This document shows, piece after piece, positions 11,765 to 24,830 of a stretch of 64,000 bases of DNA; positions within the stretch are counted from its first letter, which is position 1, and each line of letters opens with the position of its first letter. The stretch is from Podarcis muralis (taxonomy: Eukaryota), in contig NC_135656.1 in assembly GCF_964188315.1 (NCBI RefSeq), positions 100,564,001-100,628,000 of the forward strand. Direction: 5' to 3'. The position numbers and the translations under genes are program-made. The notes under the pieces are model-generated. The model was not told the origin of the DNA, searched no databases, and worked only from the letters and a program-made list of their open reading frames with translations.

Positions 11765-13436
11765 ACTACTGTGGGAGTGATGAAGGCATCGTTTAGCTTT
11801 TTCTCAGGCGGTTGGACTAGACCTACTGCTCCACCCCAACTACAAGTTTGAAGTGTTCTGAATGAAACCTTGGGCATCTTTTCTGAAGGTGCTGCTGTGT
11901 AAGTTTCTCTTTGGGACAGAGAGAGGTCAGATGGAGAGAGATCATGTTGGAAGGAAAATTAAGCCATAGAGGAATCAGCTGCTATTGTTCATCATGATCA
12001 TTTGCTTGGGTGAGTTCATCCAAGAGCTCAAGGCCTGTTTTGTTTCATCTACATGGTTGCTGCTGGAGTGTTGGTCACAGTGTGTTGTTGGCATTTGTCT
12101 GTCACGTGAGACAATGTGTGAGATAGATGATTATTCTTTGAGTGTTGCGCTTCTTCGCATCCTGAATGCATTCTTAGTTTCCTAATAACTTCTGCAGAGG
12201 AAAAGGAACATACGTAAATTCAGTGGCCATATCTTTTAGTCCAATAGAAATAATCCTTTTGCCTGTTTTGTTCATTAGGCCCAGTAATGCAACCACTATA
12301 GTGCTGTGTCAAAATTTGAATCCACTTTGTTTTTGTGTATTCAGAGAGAGGGGGTGGGAGGAGAGATGGATGAATTTGCTTTTGCAGAAATTTCAAAGGG
12401 AAAGGAAAATTTCAGTGAAATTGTTATGAGGAAACTGCTGGTTTCTTGGGCTTACTTACAAGGGCGCCATGGAGGGGAGCGTCCTCTTCCATTGTAAAAG
12501 CATCGCTTAGCAATCTGCAGCCTTTCTGGGTACCATCAAAACCCCATGATGCCCTTTTCCAGGAAGATGGTTACCACATACCTGTTGTTATTTTTTAGCA
12601 AAGTCCTTTTGCTTGGAAATAAATCATTAGATATTATCAGGAAGGCTCCCCATTTCTCTAGATAGAGGTAATGGGCATTTTATTTATTTATTTTAATTGC
12701 TGTTGTCTGCCCTCTTCTCTGGTGCTCCACAGGCAGTGTCCTTGATTGTGTGTCTTCAGGCACCAGGAAAGATGGACTCTGGAGCATCTGAAAGTTGAAC
12801 AATTTTTAAAAGTTAAAAAGGAAACCAGGGGAAGCTACAGAGGACCGCACCATGCTGCATAAAGAAATTTAACTTTTGAAAGTTAATTTTGCATAACTTT
12901 AAAAAGTCTCAACCCTGTCCTGAAATTTTTGGAGAAATGTTCCCCCTCCCTTTGGTGAAAAGGAAAGAAAAAAATTACTACCCTTGGGGAGGTGCTGTAG
13001 CTCGTCAACAAACATCTGCCTCCCATGCAGAAGGGGTACCAGGCTTAATCCCTGGCAGGAAAAGTCACCTGCCTGAAACCCTAGAAGTCTGCTGCCAGAC
13101 AGGACTGAGCCTGATGGACCACTGGTATGACTTGGTGCCAGGCAGCTTCTCATGTCCCTCTTGCACAGAGAGCAATGTGCTTCTCAAAACTGGAGGATAA
13201 GGGTTGGCACAGCACTGGTACCCAACATCTCTCATGCAACCACAATTTAAATCTTGCCTTAAATGCATAAGCAATCAGTTTTCTTTTTTTAAAAAATAGC
13301 TATTGTAGCAAATGCACCTGTGCACATGGTAGATTTGGATCTCAGCAATGTGCAGGTAGCTTCTAGGTGATGGGGAACTTGTGACAAACAGTAGGGCATG
13401 GGTGCTACCTGTGAGCTTCCTGTGGGTTGGTGGCCA

Positions 13437-13550
13437 CAAAGAATTGTAGAGTTGGAAGGGACTGTGGAGTTCATCTAGTCCAATGCAAGATCTGCTGTGC
13501 AGGATGCAGCTAGAGCATCCCTGACAGATGGCCACCCAACTGCTGCTTAA
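13437..13550 (-). mobile_element. CR1 extreme 3' end, inverted relative to the adjacent copy
   Basis: gaattgtagagttggaaggg...gcatccctgacagatggccacccaactgctgcttaaa is reverse-complementary to about 14220-14335. Confidence 0.8.
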
Positions 13551-14338
13551 ATTAGACAAATTCACAGAGGATATAGCTATCAGTGGTATCAAACTGGGAG
13601 GGGTAGCTAATGCCATAGACGACAGAATTGGAGTTCAAGATAACCTGAACAGAGTGGAGAACTGGGCCCATCTAGCAACATGAACTTCAACAGGGACATA
13701 TGTAAGGTCCTACACTTAGGCAGGAATAATTAGCTGCACAAATATAAGCTGGGGGACATCTGGCTTGCCAGTAGTACATGTGAAAAGTATCTAGGGGCCT
13801 TAGTGGACCACAAGCTTAACATGACTCTACAGTGTGATGCAAAAAAGCCTATTCTAGGCTGTGTCAATAGAAGGATAATGTCTCGATCAAGCAAAGTTAA
13901 TAGTACAGCTCTATTCTGCCTTAGACTACACCAGAAGTACCATGTCCAGTCCTGGGCACTGCAATTTAAGATGGATATTGACAAGCTGGAACATGTGTAG
14001 AGGAGGGCAATCAAGATGATCAAGAGTCTGGAAACCCTTATGAGGAATGATTGAGGGAACTGGGTATGCTCAGCCTGGAAAAGAGGAGACTAAGAGGAGA
14101 TATGATAGTCATCTTCAAATATCTCAAGGGCTGCCACATCAAGAAGAACGTTCTGATGGTAAGAGCTGTTTGAGAGTGGAATGGACTCCCTCAGAAGGTG
14201 GATAATTTCCCTTCACTAGAGGTTTTTAAGCAAAGGTTGGGTGGCCATCTGTCATGGATGCTTTAGTTGAGATTCCTGCATTGCAGAGAGTTGGACTCGA
14301 TGGTCCTTAGGATCTCTTCCAAGTCTATGATTCTATTA
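13551..14338 (+). mobile_element. CR1 LINE 3' fragment (ORF2 C-terminus and 3' UTR), degenerate
   Basis: Encodes degenerate KLGGVAN...CKVLHLGRNN...ILGCVNRRI...[19 protein letters not shown] with frameshifts; tail ctatgattctatt. Confidence 0.9.
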
Positions 14339-14386
14339 TCATAACTGATAAATGACTGTTGATATAGGTAAAGCTAGCAATGAAAG

Positions 14387-14562
14387 TGTTGTAGCTTGGT
14401 AGCAGAGCATCTGCTTTGTATGAAGAAGACCCCAGGTTCCATCCCTGGCTAGGAGGGAGCCTTGCCTGAGACTCCAGGGAGCTCCAGGGAGTCAGTATAG
14501 ACAACACTGAGCTAGATGGATCATTGGTATGACTCAGTACAAGGCAGCTTCTTATGTTCCTA
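14387..14562 (+). mobile_element. Old tRNA-headed SINE ending GGCAGCTTCTTATGTTCC
   Basis: Head gtagcttggtagcagagcatctgctttgtatgaagaagaccccaggttccatccctggc. Related copies at about 12986-13158, 23209-23357, 28440-28540 (-) and 39930-40095 (-). Confidence 0.65.
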
Positions 14563-17500
14563 ATGCCTTTTGACACTAAGCAAAGCTAACTATGTCCTTA
14601 GGATTATTCAGTAGAGGAGAGGTCTTTCAGGGGTAGCCTCAGCCTGAAAGGTGGTTTTTTTTCATACAGAAAAGGAGATTCCCTGCTTTTGAATCAAAGG
14701 TTGAGTCATTCTTCCCAAAATGGATTTGGAGTCATCCAAACAAAATGGATGACTAAATTAGAAGTTGGAAGAGGGAACATAGATTGCTGGAGGGAAGAGA
14801 GTGGCAGGGACAACAGGAAGTGAGTTATGTTAGCACAGTGTACAAGTCACTGAGCTCGGTCAGGAGCAAATAGCAACATCATTACAAAAATCAAGTTTTA
14901 TTTGGGAGCCAGTTTTGTATTGTGAGAAGTATCATGATTAAAGATGTTGAAAACAGCCCCTAAAGTAGTCACAAATGCTACTCAGCGAGCATTGTTTTCT
15001 TTTATTTGTTTTCCTAAGTAGAATTAATTAAAAGAAGCTTTGTCAGAAAATTATTTTGAAACAAGTTTTATAGTGAATTTATAATGTATTGTTATTAATT
15101 AGTTACATTTATATGCTTCAAAACAAGCTTTAAAAAAGTATTAATAGTTACATTATTAAAGAGCTAATTTGGTGGAGTTCACTCTCGTTTAGTGGAGGTG
15201 TGCCATGTATGAAATGCCATCTTGGAAGCAAACCTGGAACCCATCTATAGAAGGCTCATAATTCCAGATAAAATATTGCTGCAATTCATTTTCCTGCAGC
15301 CTCGCCTCCTCTTAATTAGAGTGGATTTAAATGATTGCCATTCACTGTCTTCTTCTACACTCTGTTACTTTAAGTCAGGAAAATGCCAATAAATACCTTT
15401 CAATCCAGGTTCTTACTTAACCATTTATAATTACTGAGTGGCTCTTAAATGCCAAAGATTACTGCCAGTGCCACTGGTAGTTGTTAATTTGTGGAGAGTT
15501 ATCAACTCAAAAGATACTAGGTACTGCAAAAACCGATGCAGTGCAGAGGCATATTCAGATTGTGCTTTTGAGCACAGAGTAGAATTCTGTCTTTAGAGTA
15601 TTATTTATAGCTGCATTCTACATAGTCTAGACACTTTCCCTGAAGCAGTGTGCCTTTGTGTTAGTAATTTCAACCACTCATAATAGGTTTAGCATTTATC
15701 ATTTATCTACCTACCTCCACAGGGGTCTTTCCCTCCCTTATTTCATTCACCGTGATCACTGAATCATTTGCAAAGCAGTTGATTTGGAATCCTTTTGCCT
15801 TGGCATATTTGAAACAGTCTTGCTCCAGAGACTGATGCTGAGAGAAGATAGACCATACACGACATTTTTAAGCATGAAAGTGAGCCACTGGAATCCTGTG
15901 CAACTCCTATAACCATGTGTACACTAAATCATGCAATGCCAATTAACTTTGTATAATGAAGCAAGAAGAATCTTACATAAATTATGACCTATGAAATTGA
16001 ACACAGCTCATCAGCTATGTATTCTGGCATGTGTGTTACATTCAAGCACAATGTCCCCTTAAATACAGTCTCCGAACTCCCTGCTTTTTCTTTTCCCTTA
16101 ACCAGGGTGAGTCCCTGCTGCAGGAACTTCTATAGAACCTGTTAATAATGTTTTTAAACTTACCAGCACCTGTGTATAGTCTGAATAAGTAATTGAGAGT
16201 CAGCAGACAACACAGAGTATAAGAACATCCCTGATGAATTAGACCAAAAGTCTACCTAGTTCAAAAACCATTTCCCGCAGTGGCCAACCAGGTACCGATG
16301 GGAAACACACAAGGAGGACATGGGTACAGTATCTCATTCCTACTGTTTACTTCCCCAGATGCTAATATTCAAAGCCATACTGCCTCAGACCCTGGGGATA
16401 ACATAGCCAGCTTATTCTTTATTGGGAGTGCAACATCCTGCCTTAGGAAAGGCCCAACCTAGAGACGGCCAGAAAGGTAAGAGGTCCAGTTAGCAGACTA
16501 GGGTGCTGGAGAGAACCAGAACTGACAAAACAGAGAGATGGTTCACAGATCCCAGGTCTGTAGAATAAGGAAGATCAGACACAAGGCTTGGAGGACCATG
16601 GACAGATCACTAGGAGTGAACAACTTCCTCCAACAAACTCTCCTCTCTAGCTGAGGCCTTCTGTCTCTCTAGTCCCAGACTACCTTTCCCAGGCACCACC
16701 GTCTTGCTGAAGAGTAGAGATTATTCAATGGGGCTAGAGATAAACATCCCAAACAAGCCTTCACCTGTTTCCCACCCCATGTGCTTCCTGTACAGCCATT
16801 GAGGAGTGAGAGGTGCCTGATGTGGTGGTGTCCATACAGCAAATGCTGAGGAAACTGTCTCTAGGGATCCAGTTTGAGTGTCCCAGGGACTCATGGCTGC
16901 CACCCTCAGAGTGAATATCAGTGCCTGTGTCTCATTGCCACTGCAGGCTGTACTGATGACCTGAATCCAGTCAGCAACTCCTCTGTTGTGCCTGAGCTCC
17001 GGCTACCAACCAATATCCACATTCACTTTTCCTTAAAAAGTGTGTCTCTTCCATTAGTTTGTCATTACATTGTCTAACTTCGGTATTGCTTCTCAACCCA
17101 CATCCAAGCATCTGTCTTTCCCTTTGCCAAGGGATCAGTGTTTACATATCCCATCCCTTCATCCAACACAGCCAGGCCATAAATGTTGTGGGAGGAGAAA
17201 AAGCATCTAATGTTTACCATTTGATTGAGTGGGTTTCAAAGTACCCAGTACCAGGATGCAAAGCCCCAACTGGACCAAATACAGGGCCATCTGTGCCTCC
17301 GGATCTTTGCCCAGACTGGCCTCCACAGGTACAAATAAACTCTGCCAAGCCAACAAACTCTGATGCATTTTGCGGCCTCTGCTTGTAGTTCATCACACAC
17401 ATCAGTGTGATGGAGAGAAAACATCCAGTCTGCTGTTAATTAAATAAGGACTGGAGCCAGATAATTTGGTTCTGAATTAAGCGGGGAACAATGATGCATC

Positions 17501-18234
17501 TTATGGGGACCAGCATCCTGCTCTTTCACGAAACCTGGCCCTGTTTGCTAAGCACCCATAACCTAACCACGTTGCATCTGTATGGATATGATTGGTGCTT
17601 TTGTTGTGATGGTGCTCAATGGCACAGAATACCAGCACCTCATTTTCTGCTGTCACCAGTAGAGAGAGTCTGCTACCACCTCTGGCACTTTTATTATGAT
17701 AAGAGTGCTGGCACCTCATTTTTTACGAAAATGAGTAAGGCTGCCTTACAATGTGTATGAGAGAGAGAGTAGGCTGAGAGAGTGTGTTTGTTCCCCGAAG
17801 AAACATTAGGTGCCTGCTAGCGATGGGACAAACACCCCTTGTTTTGCTTGGGGTTGGGCTTAGAAGACTGCACTGTTTCCCCACAAAGTTTTGAAAATAG
17901 CTTGATTATGGCATTTGCTCCCACAAGAGGCACCGATGGCCACCACCTTGGACAAATTCACAGATGATAAGGCTATCAGCCAGTGGCATGCACTCAGTGG
18001 ACATGGGGAACTTGGCTAGTCCCCTAAATGTCCCTCAGGTGCCTCTTTCCCAAAGCCCAGGTAGTTTCTGCCCATCTTAGGGAAGGAGCTGTGATGCTCC
18101 TGCATGTGATATCTCTCCCCCCCCCCCCCGGGCCAATCGCCCTCACAAGGCCCTAACTGTTCCCCTATGAAAAATTTCACCGCACGCCACTGCTATCAGC
18201 AGTTTCTAGACACGATGGCTATGCTCATTCACCA

Positions 18235-18395
18235 CTGCTGGAGACAGCATGCCTCTGAGTACCGGTTGTGGAGAATCTCAAGTGGGGAGAGTGCTGTTGC
18301 CCTCAGGTTCTGCTTGGGGGTCCCTAAGGATCTGACTGGCCGTTCTGAAAACTAGATGGGCCTTTGGCCTGACCCAGGAGGCTCTTGTGTTCTTA
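18235..18395 (+). mobile_element. Old retroposon 3' fragment (CR1-type UTR ending ...TTATGTTCTTA)
   Basis: Related sequences at about 16215-16370 (-), 38805-38960 (-), 42040-42130 (+) and 60050-60190 (-). Confidence 0.5.
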
Positions 18396-18880
18396 TTGGT
18401 TTTGGGAGCCCAGTTCAAAGACCTCCATGTCCTTAGTTACATAATTGGAAGTGCAGGGGGCTCGGAATCTGTCCCCCAACTGCCCAGTGAACACATAATA
18501 ATTTAATAATAATAATGATTTATTATTTATACCTTGCCCATCTGGCTGGGTTTCCCCACAAACCCTTTCCTACCACCATGTGATAGAGTAGCTTTTAAAC
18601 CGATTGCCGGGGAGGGGAGCCAGCAAGAATTGGGGAGGTGGTTCAAAGGAAATCTCTCCTTTGGGATGAAGATGATAAAATTGATGGAAATTTAAATATG
18701 TGAGCCGTAAACCTAAGGACTGTGAGTGCTGGGTGCAAAATAGCAATTCAGAAAGGACAAAGCCCCGCAGGTCAAAATGTCAAACTTGAAGAGATATTGC
18801 ATGCTTTTTTATTATGTTTTATATCTTGCTGGAAGCCTCCCAGAGTGGCTGGAGAAACCTGGCCAGAGAGGTGGGGTGTA

Positions 18881-18882
18881 AA

Positions 18883-18922
<40 letters not shown>
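18881..18922 (+). repeat. (TTG)n microsatellite
   Basis: Perfect tandem. Confidence 0.95.
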
Positions 18923-18923
<1 letters not shown>

Positions 18924-18924
18924 T

Positions 18925-19110
18925 ATGCCAGTGTTTACACGCTAATGCTAGAAGCTGCCAAGCTAAGTTGGCTGAACTGGAGAGCTTGGTCTTAGATGTA
19001 GTGGGCAGAATGGAAGACCAGTGGGATACAGTTATCTCTGGATAGGAATTCTGTAGGAGGGGCAGGGAAGGCCGTAATGGAGGTTGTGTCACTGTGCACA
19101 CTAATAGGTG
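18925..19110 (+). mobile_element. CR1 ORF2 AP-endonuclease fragment
   Basis: CLHANARSCQAKLAELESLVLDVVG...QWDTVISG resembles the CR1 EN motif CLYTNARS...ELE.LV...QWDTVIPGY, followed by a degenerate RRDREGRNGG. Confidence 0.75.
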
Positions 19111-20808
19111 AATCAACACAAGTACACTCTTTCACACAAACACTTGTACCTGTGTTCAGCGTGATGTCTGACCGAGCGTTTGCTTGTCTTCTTTTTGAGG
19201 TGCACATGAGCTGGGAAATACATGTTTTGAGGGCATCACTCACTTGGATCTGTGTGCCTTTGCAGCAGGGAACAGGACTGTAATATTATCAGTGTGCTCA
19301 GGCTGCCTTAAAGTGGTGCAGCTCTCTTTCTTTGAGAGCGACGGGACTTCCTTCCAAGCAACGATGCTTGGGATCATGGCGATAGGCTGGCTTCCAAAGG
19401 CCTTCCGAAGCACCTCACTTCTCGATGCAAGAGCTAGCTTGCTGTGTTTGGCCACGGGGGCCTCCATTTTTAATTTCTGCTGTGTCAGTCTTGTTGGCAG
19501 CAATCAAACATCATCTCCAAGTCAGCAATGAACGAAGGCAGGGCCAGATCTGCAGCCAGCCTTGGCTTTCCAGTATTACGTTTCGGCAACGACCTTTAAG
19601 ATGCGCTGCCACAGAATCTCCTGCCGTATTTTATTTTTATTTGATTTTTTTAAAGCTAGCGGGCCAAAAGCTTTGCTCAATTTATGAGAAAAGAGGAATA
19701 ATGAACCTATCTGTGCAGAAACTATTGCTATTGCCATCTGTGAGGCTAAGGTGGGGGTACGAGTTTCTAAACGTTGAAGAACCGGTTCTTCCAAGATGAT
19801 CTATTGCACCTTTATCACCATCTGGCCTTTATTGTCTCAAATGTGAGGATTTAATACCGCTAGTCTAAAACTGTTTGTATATGCTGTGAGGTTAATGAGG
19901 CTCTGTGAAGGTGAAAGGGAAAGCAACAGAAACCTTCCTGCAGGGCTGCTCGTATTTTTTAGATCAGAAGGCTATAGGCAAGCAAAATCTGTCCTGGGTC
20001 TTTTTATAACTTGCTACAAAGTGCTTGGGTTTTCAAATCCTATTAGAAACAATAACTATTACTGCCAACTGGCTATGGACTTGCACAGAAGCCTGAATGT
20101 AGTCTAAAGATGGAGTCATCTTGGTTTTCAATTAAAACAGAAAAAGCAAGTTTCTGTTCTCTTTTTCCAGGGACACGTCCACTTTTTCATGGGTGGAGTC
20201 ATCATAACGATCCACAATTAAAAGCAGAAGTCGATGAATGTGTCCTCTTTTTTGCTCTTCACAATATGGCAACCCTAGTTTCTAGCCTGTGGGAGGACAG
20301 TTTGAAAGAGGTGCGCTGTTACTCTTATTAAATAGCACCATCAACATGCATGGCAAAGGCCAAGAAGACAGGTGTGTTAACATTCTTAAACTCAACACAG
20401 GTGAGACAACAGACTATGGACACAGTTATTTCAGGGACACGTACATAGGCTTAAGTACAGTAAGACTGGAAGAGTAAGGAGTTGTGGTGAAGGCTTCTTG
20501 GGAAAGGTGGGTTCATTATTTAAATGGCAGTGCCCCCCGGTAGGCACCCCTTCTCACCTTCTCGCCACTTCCCCTGTTGCCCCTTTGGTAGCCCTCTGCC
20601 CCTGGGCAGAATATGTGGAGGTCTTCTGCTCAGTGTGGACAGGTGACCAGACAGTGACAGAGAGGAGGAGAAGCAAGGAGATTCTGGGGCTTGACAGAGG
20701 GCCCTCTGCAGAACAGTGAGCCTCAGCAGGCACCCGCTGATACCTACAATGGACATCTCTGCTCTAGGGCTTGGCATAGCTGGTGACCTATCCCTATGTC
20801 CTACATTC

Positions 20809-20960
20809 AGTTGGATAGCTCACTTGGTTAGAGCATGGTACTGATAACATCAAGGTTGCAGGTTCAATCCCCGTAAGGGACGGCTGCATATTCCTGCTGC
20901 ATTGTGGGGAGTTGGACAAGATAATCTTCAGGGTCCCTTCCAGTGATACAATTCTATGAT
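20809..20960 (+). mobile_element. tRNA-Ile-headed SINE with a CR1-derived 3' tail
   Basis: Head tagctcacttggttagagcatggtactgataacatcaaggttgcaggttcaatcccc (Ile-like, GAT loop). The tail matches the CR1 3' end and ends attctatgat. Confidence 0.8.
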
Positions 20961-22884
20961 CCTGATGCCAAATTCTGAGGGGAAGAATTCACACAGAGGG
21001 TTTAGAATAGGTGTGGGGGAACCCACCCCCCAGCTCAGGAATTGAATGCGGCCCTCCAGGCGTCTCTACAGAGTCCTCAGGGCTGCTAGGCCACAGCCCT
21101 CACTGGTTCTGCTTCACATCCTGAGTGGTTTTGCCTGGCTGGATTGTGCCCCTGAGCTCCGGCAGTGCTTCTTGCTTGTCTGTATGGAGGTTAGAGAAGG
21201 GTGTATGAGTGAGTGTAGAAACTGGCCTACCATATACAGAGGTAAAATTTGCATTTGTTGCTCCACCCACTTTTGCCTCTGGCTCCACCCACCAACGGCA
21301 TGTGGTCCTTGGAAGGTTATGGCCTTCAGAATGTGGTCCTTAGTCTGAAAAGGTGTTCCCCATTGAGACTCCCAGGCTTACCTGGGGGCTGGGAAGGCTC
21401 ACCTTATCCTGTATGGGATAAAAGTTAAGATATAGAGGTGAGGGAGGATTTTTCTCTCACTTTTCTTCTAGTTTCTTTCTTGTTATTATTCTTTGCAGAT
21501 TAATTCGTTCTTTTTACTGTGTTGTGAAAAATTTCAATAAAACCTTTTTTTAAAAAAAATGAAAAATGTTCCCCATCCACGATTTAGACTAAAGCAGGCA
21601 AGGTCAACAGCTGAACACGGTAGAACCGTATATGTGCAGAAAGCCACAAAAGTTTCATCAACAGGCTATGTTGCTCCAGTGGAGAAACTCCCAAAATAAT
21701 GTATAGATGTTCTATACATAGATTTTCATCTGTGTATGTTCCCACTGCAAAAGGAGGGGAAAGCGTTTTCCCCAATTTTGTTTTCTGCCAAAGTCCTTCT
21801 TCTGCTGTGGCACTGTGCTGAACCATGTGGGAAGTGGTGCAAGGGTTACAGCAAGAATTATTTTTTACAAATGTTCCTTCTCCTTCCACCACTGGAAGTC
21901 TCCTCTGACTCAAGCACCTTTTCTTGAGCGGAAGGACCAAAGCAGTTGCTTTCATCATGAGTTGTTCAGGTGTATCCATTCCTGCCTCTAGCAGAAGCAT
22001 TCCTGCGCTTCTATAACCCAAATGCAGTCTTGTGAAACTGGAGTCAATATTAAGAATTATCCCACAGCGTGGGCTGCTGCAATGCTACAACAAGGGAACA
22101 GCAAATTATAGGGCAACTTCTTTATTTATTCCACCATGCGCATTTCATTCCCTTACACAGTAAATCTTCATGCGCTGGGCTGTCAAATACATGTTTGAAC
22201 TGTAAGGCAGTGGGCTGAGGAATACAGTCGGCGTTTTGAGCAGGAACAGTTGGTGTGCTCCTTTCTCCCTCTTTTTCTTTATCAGTGTTGGCATGGCTAT
22301 GATGCAGAGTTAGGATTTGGTCTTCCAGTCCACTGTAAAAGCCATTCACACGTTACAGGTCAACAGGCCAGGGTAGCCAAGCTTGCATTTTGGAGTGAGT
22401 GTACCTGTGTACCTATGCGATTGTGTGTGTGTTTAAAAACTTGTATTTATCTCAGACAAACAGTGCATCGTGACATTTCCTCCTGAGCTGCAACTGAAGC
22501 ATGGGCAGCCAGGGAAGCTGGCTTAGTGAATGCCTAAGAGAGGCACACTTGCTCGTTTTGTTTTTAAGGGAAGAGCTGACTTTTACCGTGAAACAAACAA
22601 GCAAAAACCTTCCCATGCTGATTTCTTTAAACATAAAGAGACGTCACTAAAAAGATCAAACTAAAAAGAATATCAGTTGGCTGTAGGGTGTTCTGCCTAC
22701 TTTCCCATGCTTACAGAAAAGCCCAGCTGAGACTTCCAAATGATTTTCAGGAAATTTGGGTACCCAGGAAGGCTGCAAAGTGCAGACTACCAGAGCAACA
22801 ATTTGCAGAATGAAAGGCACCCATAATCCCCACCCACTCTGTGGCTCCTCCCTACCAAGTGAGCCTCTCCAGATTTCAGCAAGA

Positions 22885-23022
22885 CAGTTGGTGAGAGTAT
22901 GGTGCTGATAATGCCAAGGTTGCAGGTTCTACCTCCGTATGGGATGTCTGCATATTCCTGCATTGCAGGGGGTTGGTCTAGATGACCCATAGAGCCTCTT
23001 CCAACTCTACAGTTCTATCATT
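22885..23022 (+). mobile_element. tRNA-Ile-headed CR1-tail SINE
   Basis: Same family as 20809-20960. Confidence 0.78.
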
Positions 23023-24090
23023 TTATGGTTCTTTCCCCTTTGATAATGTGCAAGTGCAATTTCTTTGCTCTTTAGGTGTTGGGTAATGGGTGTGGGTTTT
23101 TTTTGGGGGGGGGTGTTGCTGGAGACATTTTCAGCACAGCAGTATGTTCCCACTGCAAGGTTTCAGATGTTCCAGGTTTCAGTCCTAAACCTATTGTTCC
23201 ATGGCCACGGGACCATTCCTCAGTAGTAGGTCATCTGCCTTGCATGGATCTCCAGTTAGCAGTGGAAACATCCCTTGTCAGAAACTCCATAGATCCTCAA
23301 CAGGCAATACTGAGCTTGAACCAGTGGTTTGACTTGGTATTAAGTTCCTATGTTCTTGTGTTCAAAGGCTTGTTTATTTCAGCTACAGTTGTCCTTGTCT
23401 GCAGAACAAGGAATTCCAGAGTGGTTTTCCCCCACCCACACTGACAATTTGGGGTCACGCATTGGTCACAACCCTATAATCCTGACTGACAATCATGTGA
23501 CAAAAAAAGGTGAGTCAGAAGCCCTTGATCCTGGCAGACGCTCTGTCCCACTTCAAGCTCTGATCTAACGTGGAAATAAAACAGAAGCTGAATGTGAGGA
23601 TTCCTTATTCCATGATTGTTTAAACGTTGCAAGGAAAGAATGGGAGAGAGGGGGAGAAATTACAAAGCAATTTTCTGCCAAAACCCCCGGGAATTTTATC
23701 TTTATGCAGAAACTGCCTTAAATATACATAGGCCATTATGCTGCTCACAGATTCTTATTTACAGCTACTGAAATATTTCCAAATACACCCCAGAACTCTA
23801 ATTTCCATTTTATCGCCATTCAGGAGCATGTTAATGGGTTTCAGGCAATTATCACCTTGTTTTCTCAATAGTGTTCTGGACCTGCATCAGACCCAAGCTT
23901 CTTATCCTTTCTTTTAGGACCTTTTTAAGTCCACTCTTGTTTCTGTTCATGATACTGCCCTCTGCTGACACAAGAATGCCCCCTTTATAAGTATGTTTCA
24001 GTTCATAATATCTGAGAACTTGGCTCACTTGATCCGAGCATCTGCAAGGGCGGCAGCTTGAGTTCTGGTATAGCTCAGTGCTGGTATAGC

Positions 24091-24229
24091 TCGGAGTTGG
24101 AGAACCTCTGGCCCTCCAGATGTTTCTGGATTTCAATGCCCATCAGCCTCAGCCAGCACGGCCAACAGTCAGGGATGACGGGAGCTTGGAATCCAACAAC
24201 ATGTGGAGAGCCAGAGGTTCCCCACCCTG
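24091..24229. mobile_element. Palindromic hAT MITE, degenerate
   Basis: ggccctccagatg...tcccatca...gggatgacggga...ggagagccagagg. The same family recurs at about 26053-26190, 51860-51985, 55183-55254 (half), 61349-61421 (half) and 62903-63040. Confidence 0.7.
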
Positions 24230-24430
24230 GCATTAAAAGAAGCTAGTGTTATATCTACCAGCTATCTGATGGGAATGTCTGCAAGGGACACTGAATCCAG
24301 CTTCACAGGCTCCTAATCAAATAGTCAATTTGTAGGATTCCAGTTTTTGCCTCTGCGAGTTCACGGAAGTCTAAAATGTATGTGTGACATACAAAAAGTG
24401 TATAGCTTTAAGATGGGGGATTCTTAAAGG

Positions 24431-24830
24431 AATCATAGAATTGTAGAGCTGGAGGGGAACTCAAGGGTCATCTAGTCCAACCCCCTGCAAAGCAGGAATC
24501 TCAGCTAAAGCATCCAAGACAGATGGCCATCCAACCTCTGCTTGAAAGCCTCCAAGGAAGGAGAGTCCACAACCTCCCAAAGGAGTCCGTTCTACTGTTG
24601 AACAGCTCTTACTGTCAGAAAGTTATTCCTGATGTTTAGTTGGAAGCGTCTTACCTGTAACTTGAAGCCATTGGTTCGAGTCCAGCAGGAGAAAACAAGC
24701 TTTCTAAATCTTCCATGTCACAGCCCTTGAAATATTTGAAGATGACAATCATATCTCCTCTCAGTCTCCTCTTTTCCAGGCTAAACATACCTGGCTCCTT
24801 CAACCGTTCCTCACAGGGCTTGGTTTCCAG
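24431..24830 (-). mobile_element. CR1 3' fragment
   Basis: ORF 24651-24836 reads [32 protein letters not shown]; tail atcatagaattgtag. Confidence 0.92.

Noticed and set aside
16440-16730. Possible third solo LTR
   Set aside because: The composition is suggestive, but I found no TG...CA termini, TSD or signals.
17059-17424. Overlapping ORFs on both strands, possibly a retroelement or retrogene remnant
   Set aside because: I could not match any frame to a protein family. A TBLASTX or Dfam search would be needed.
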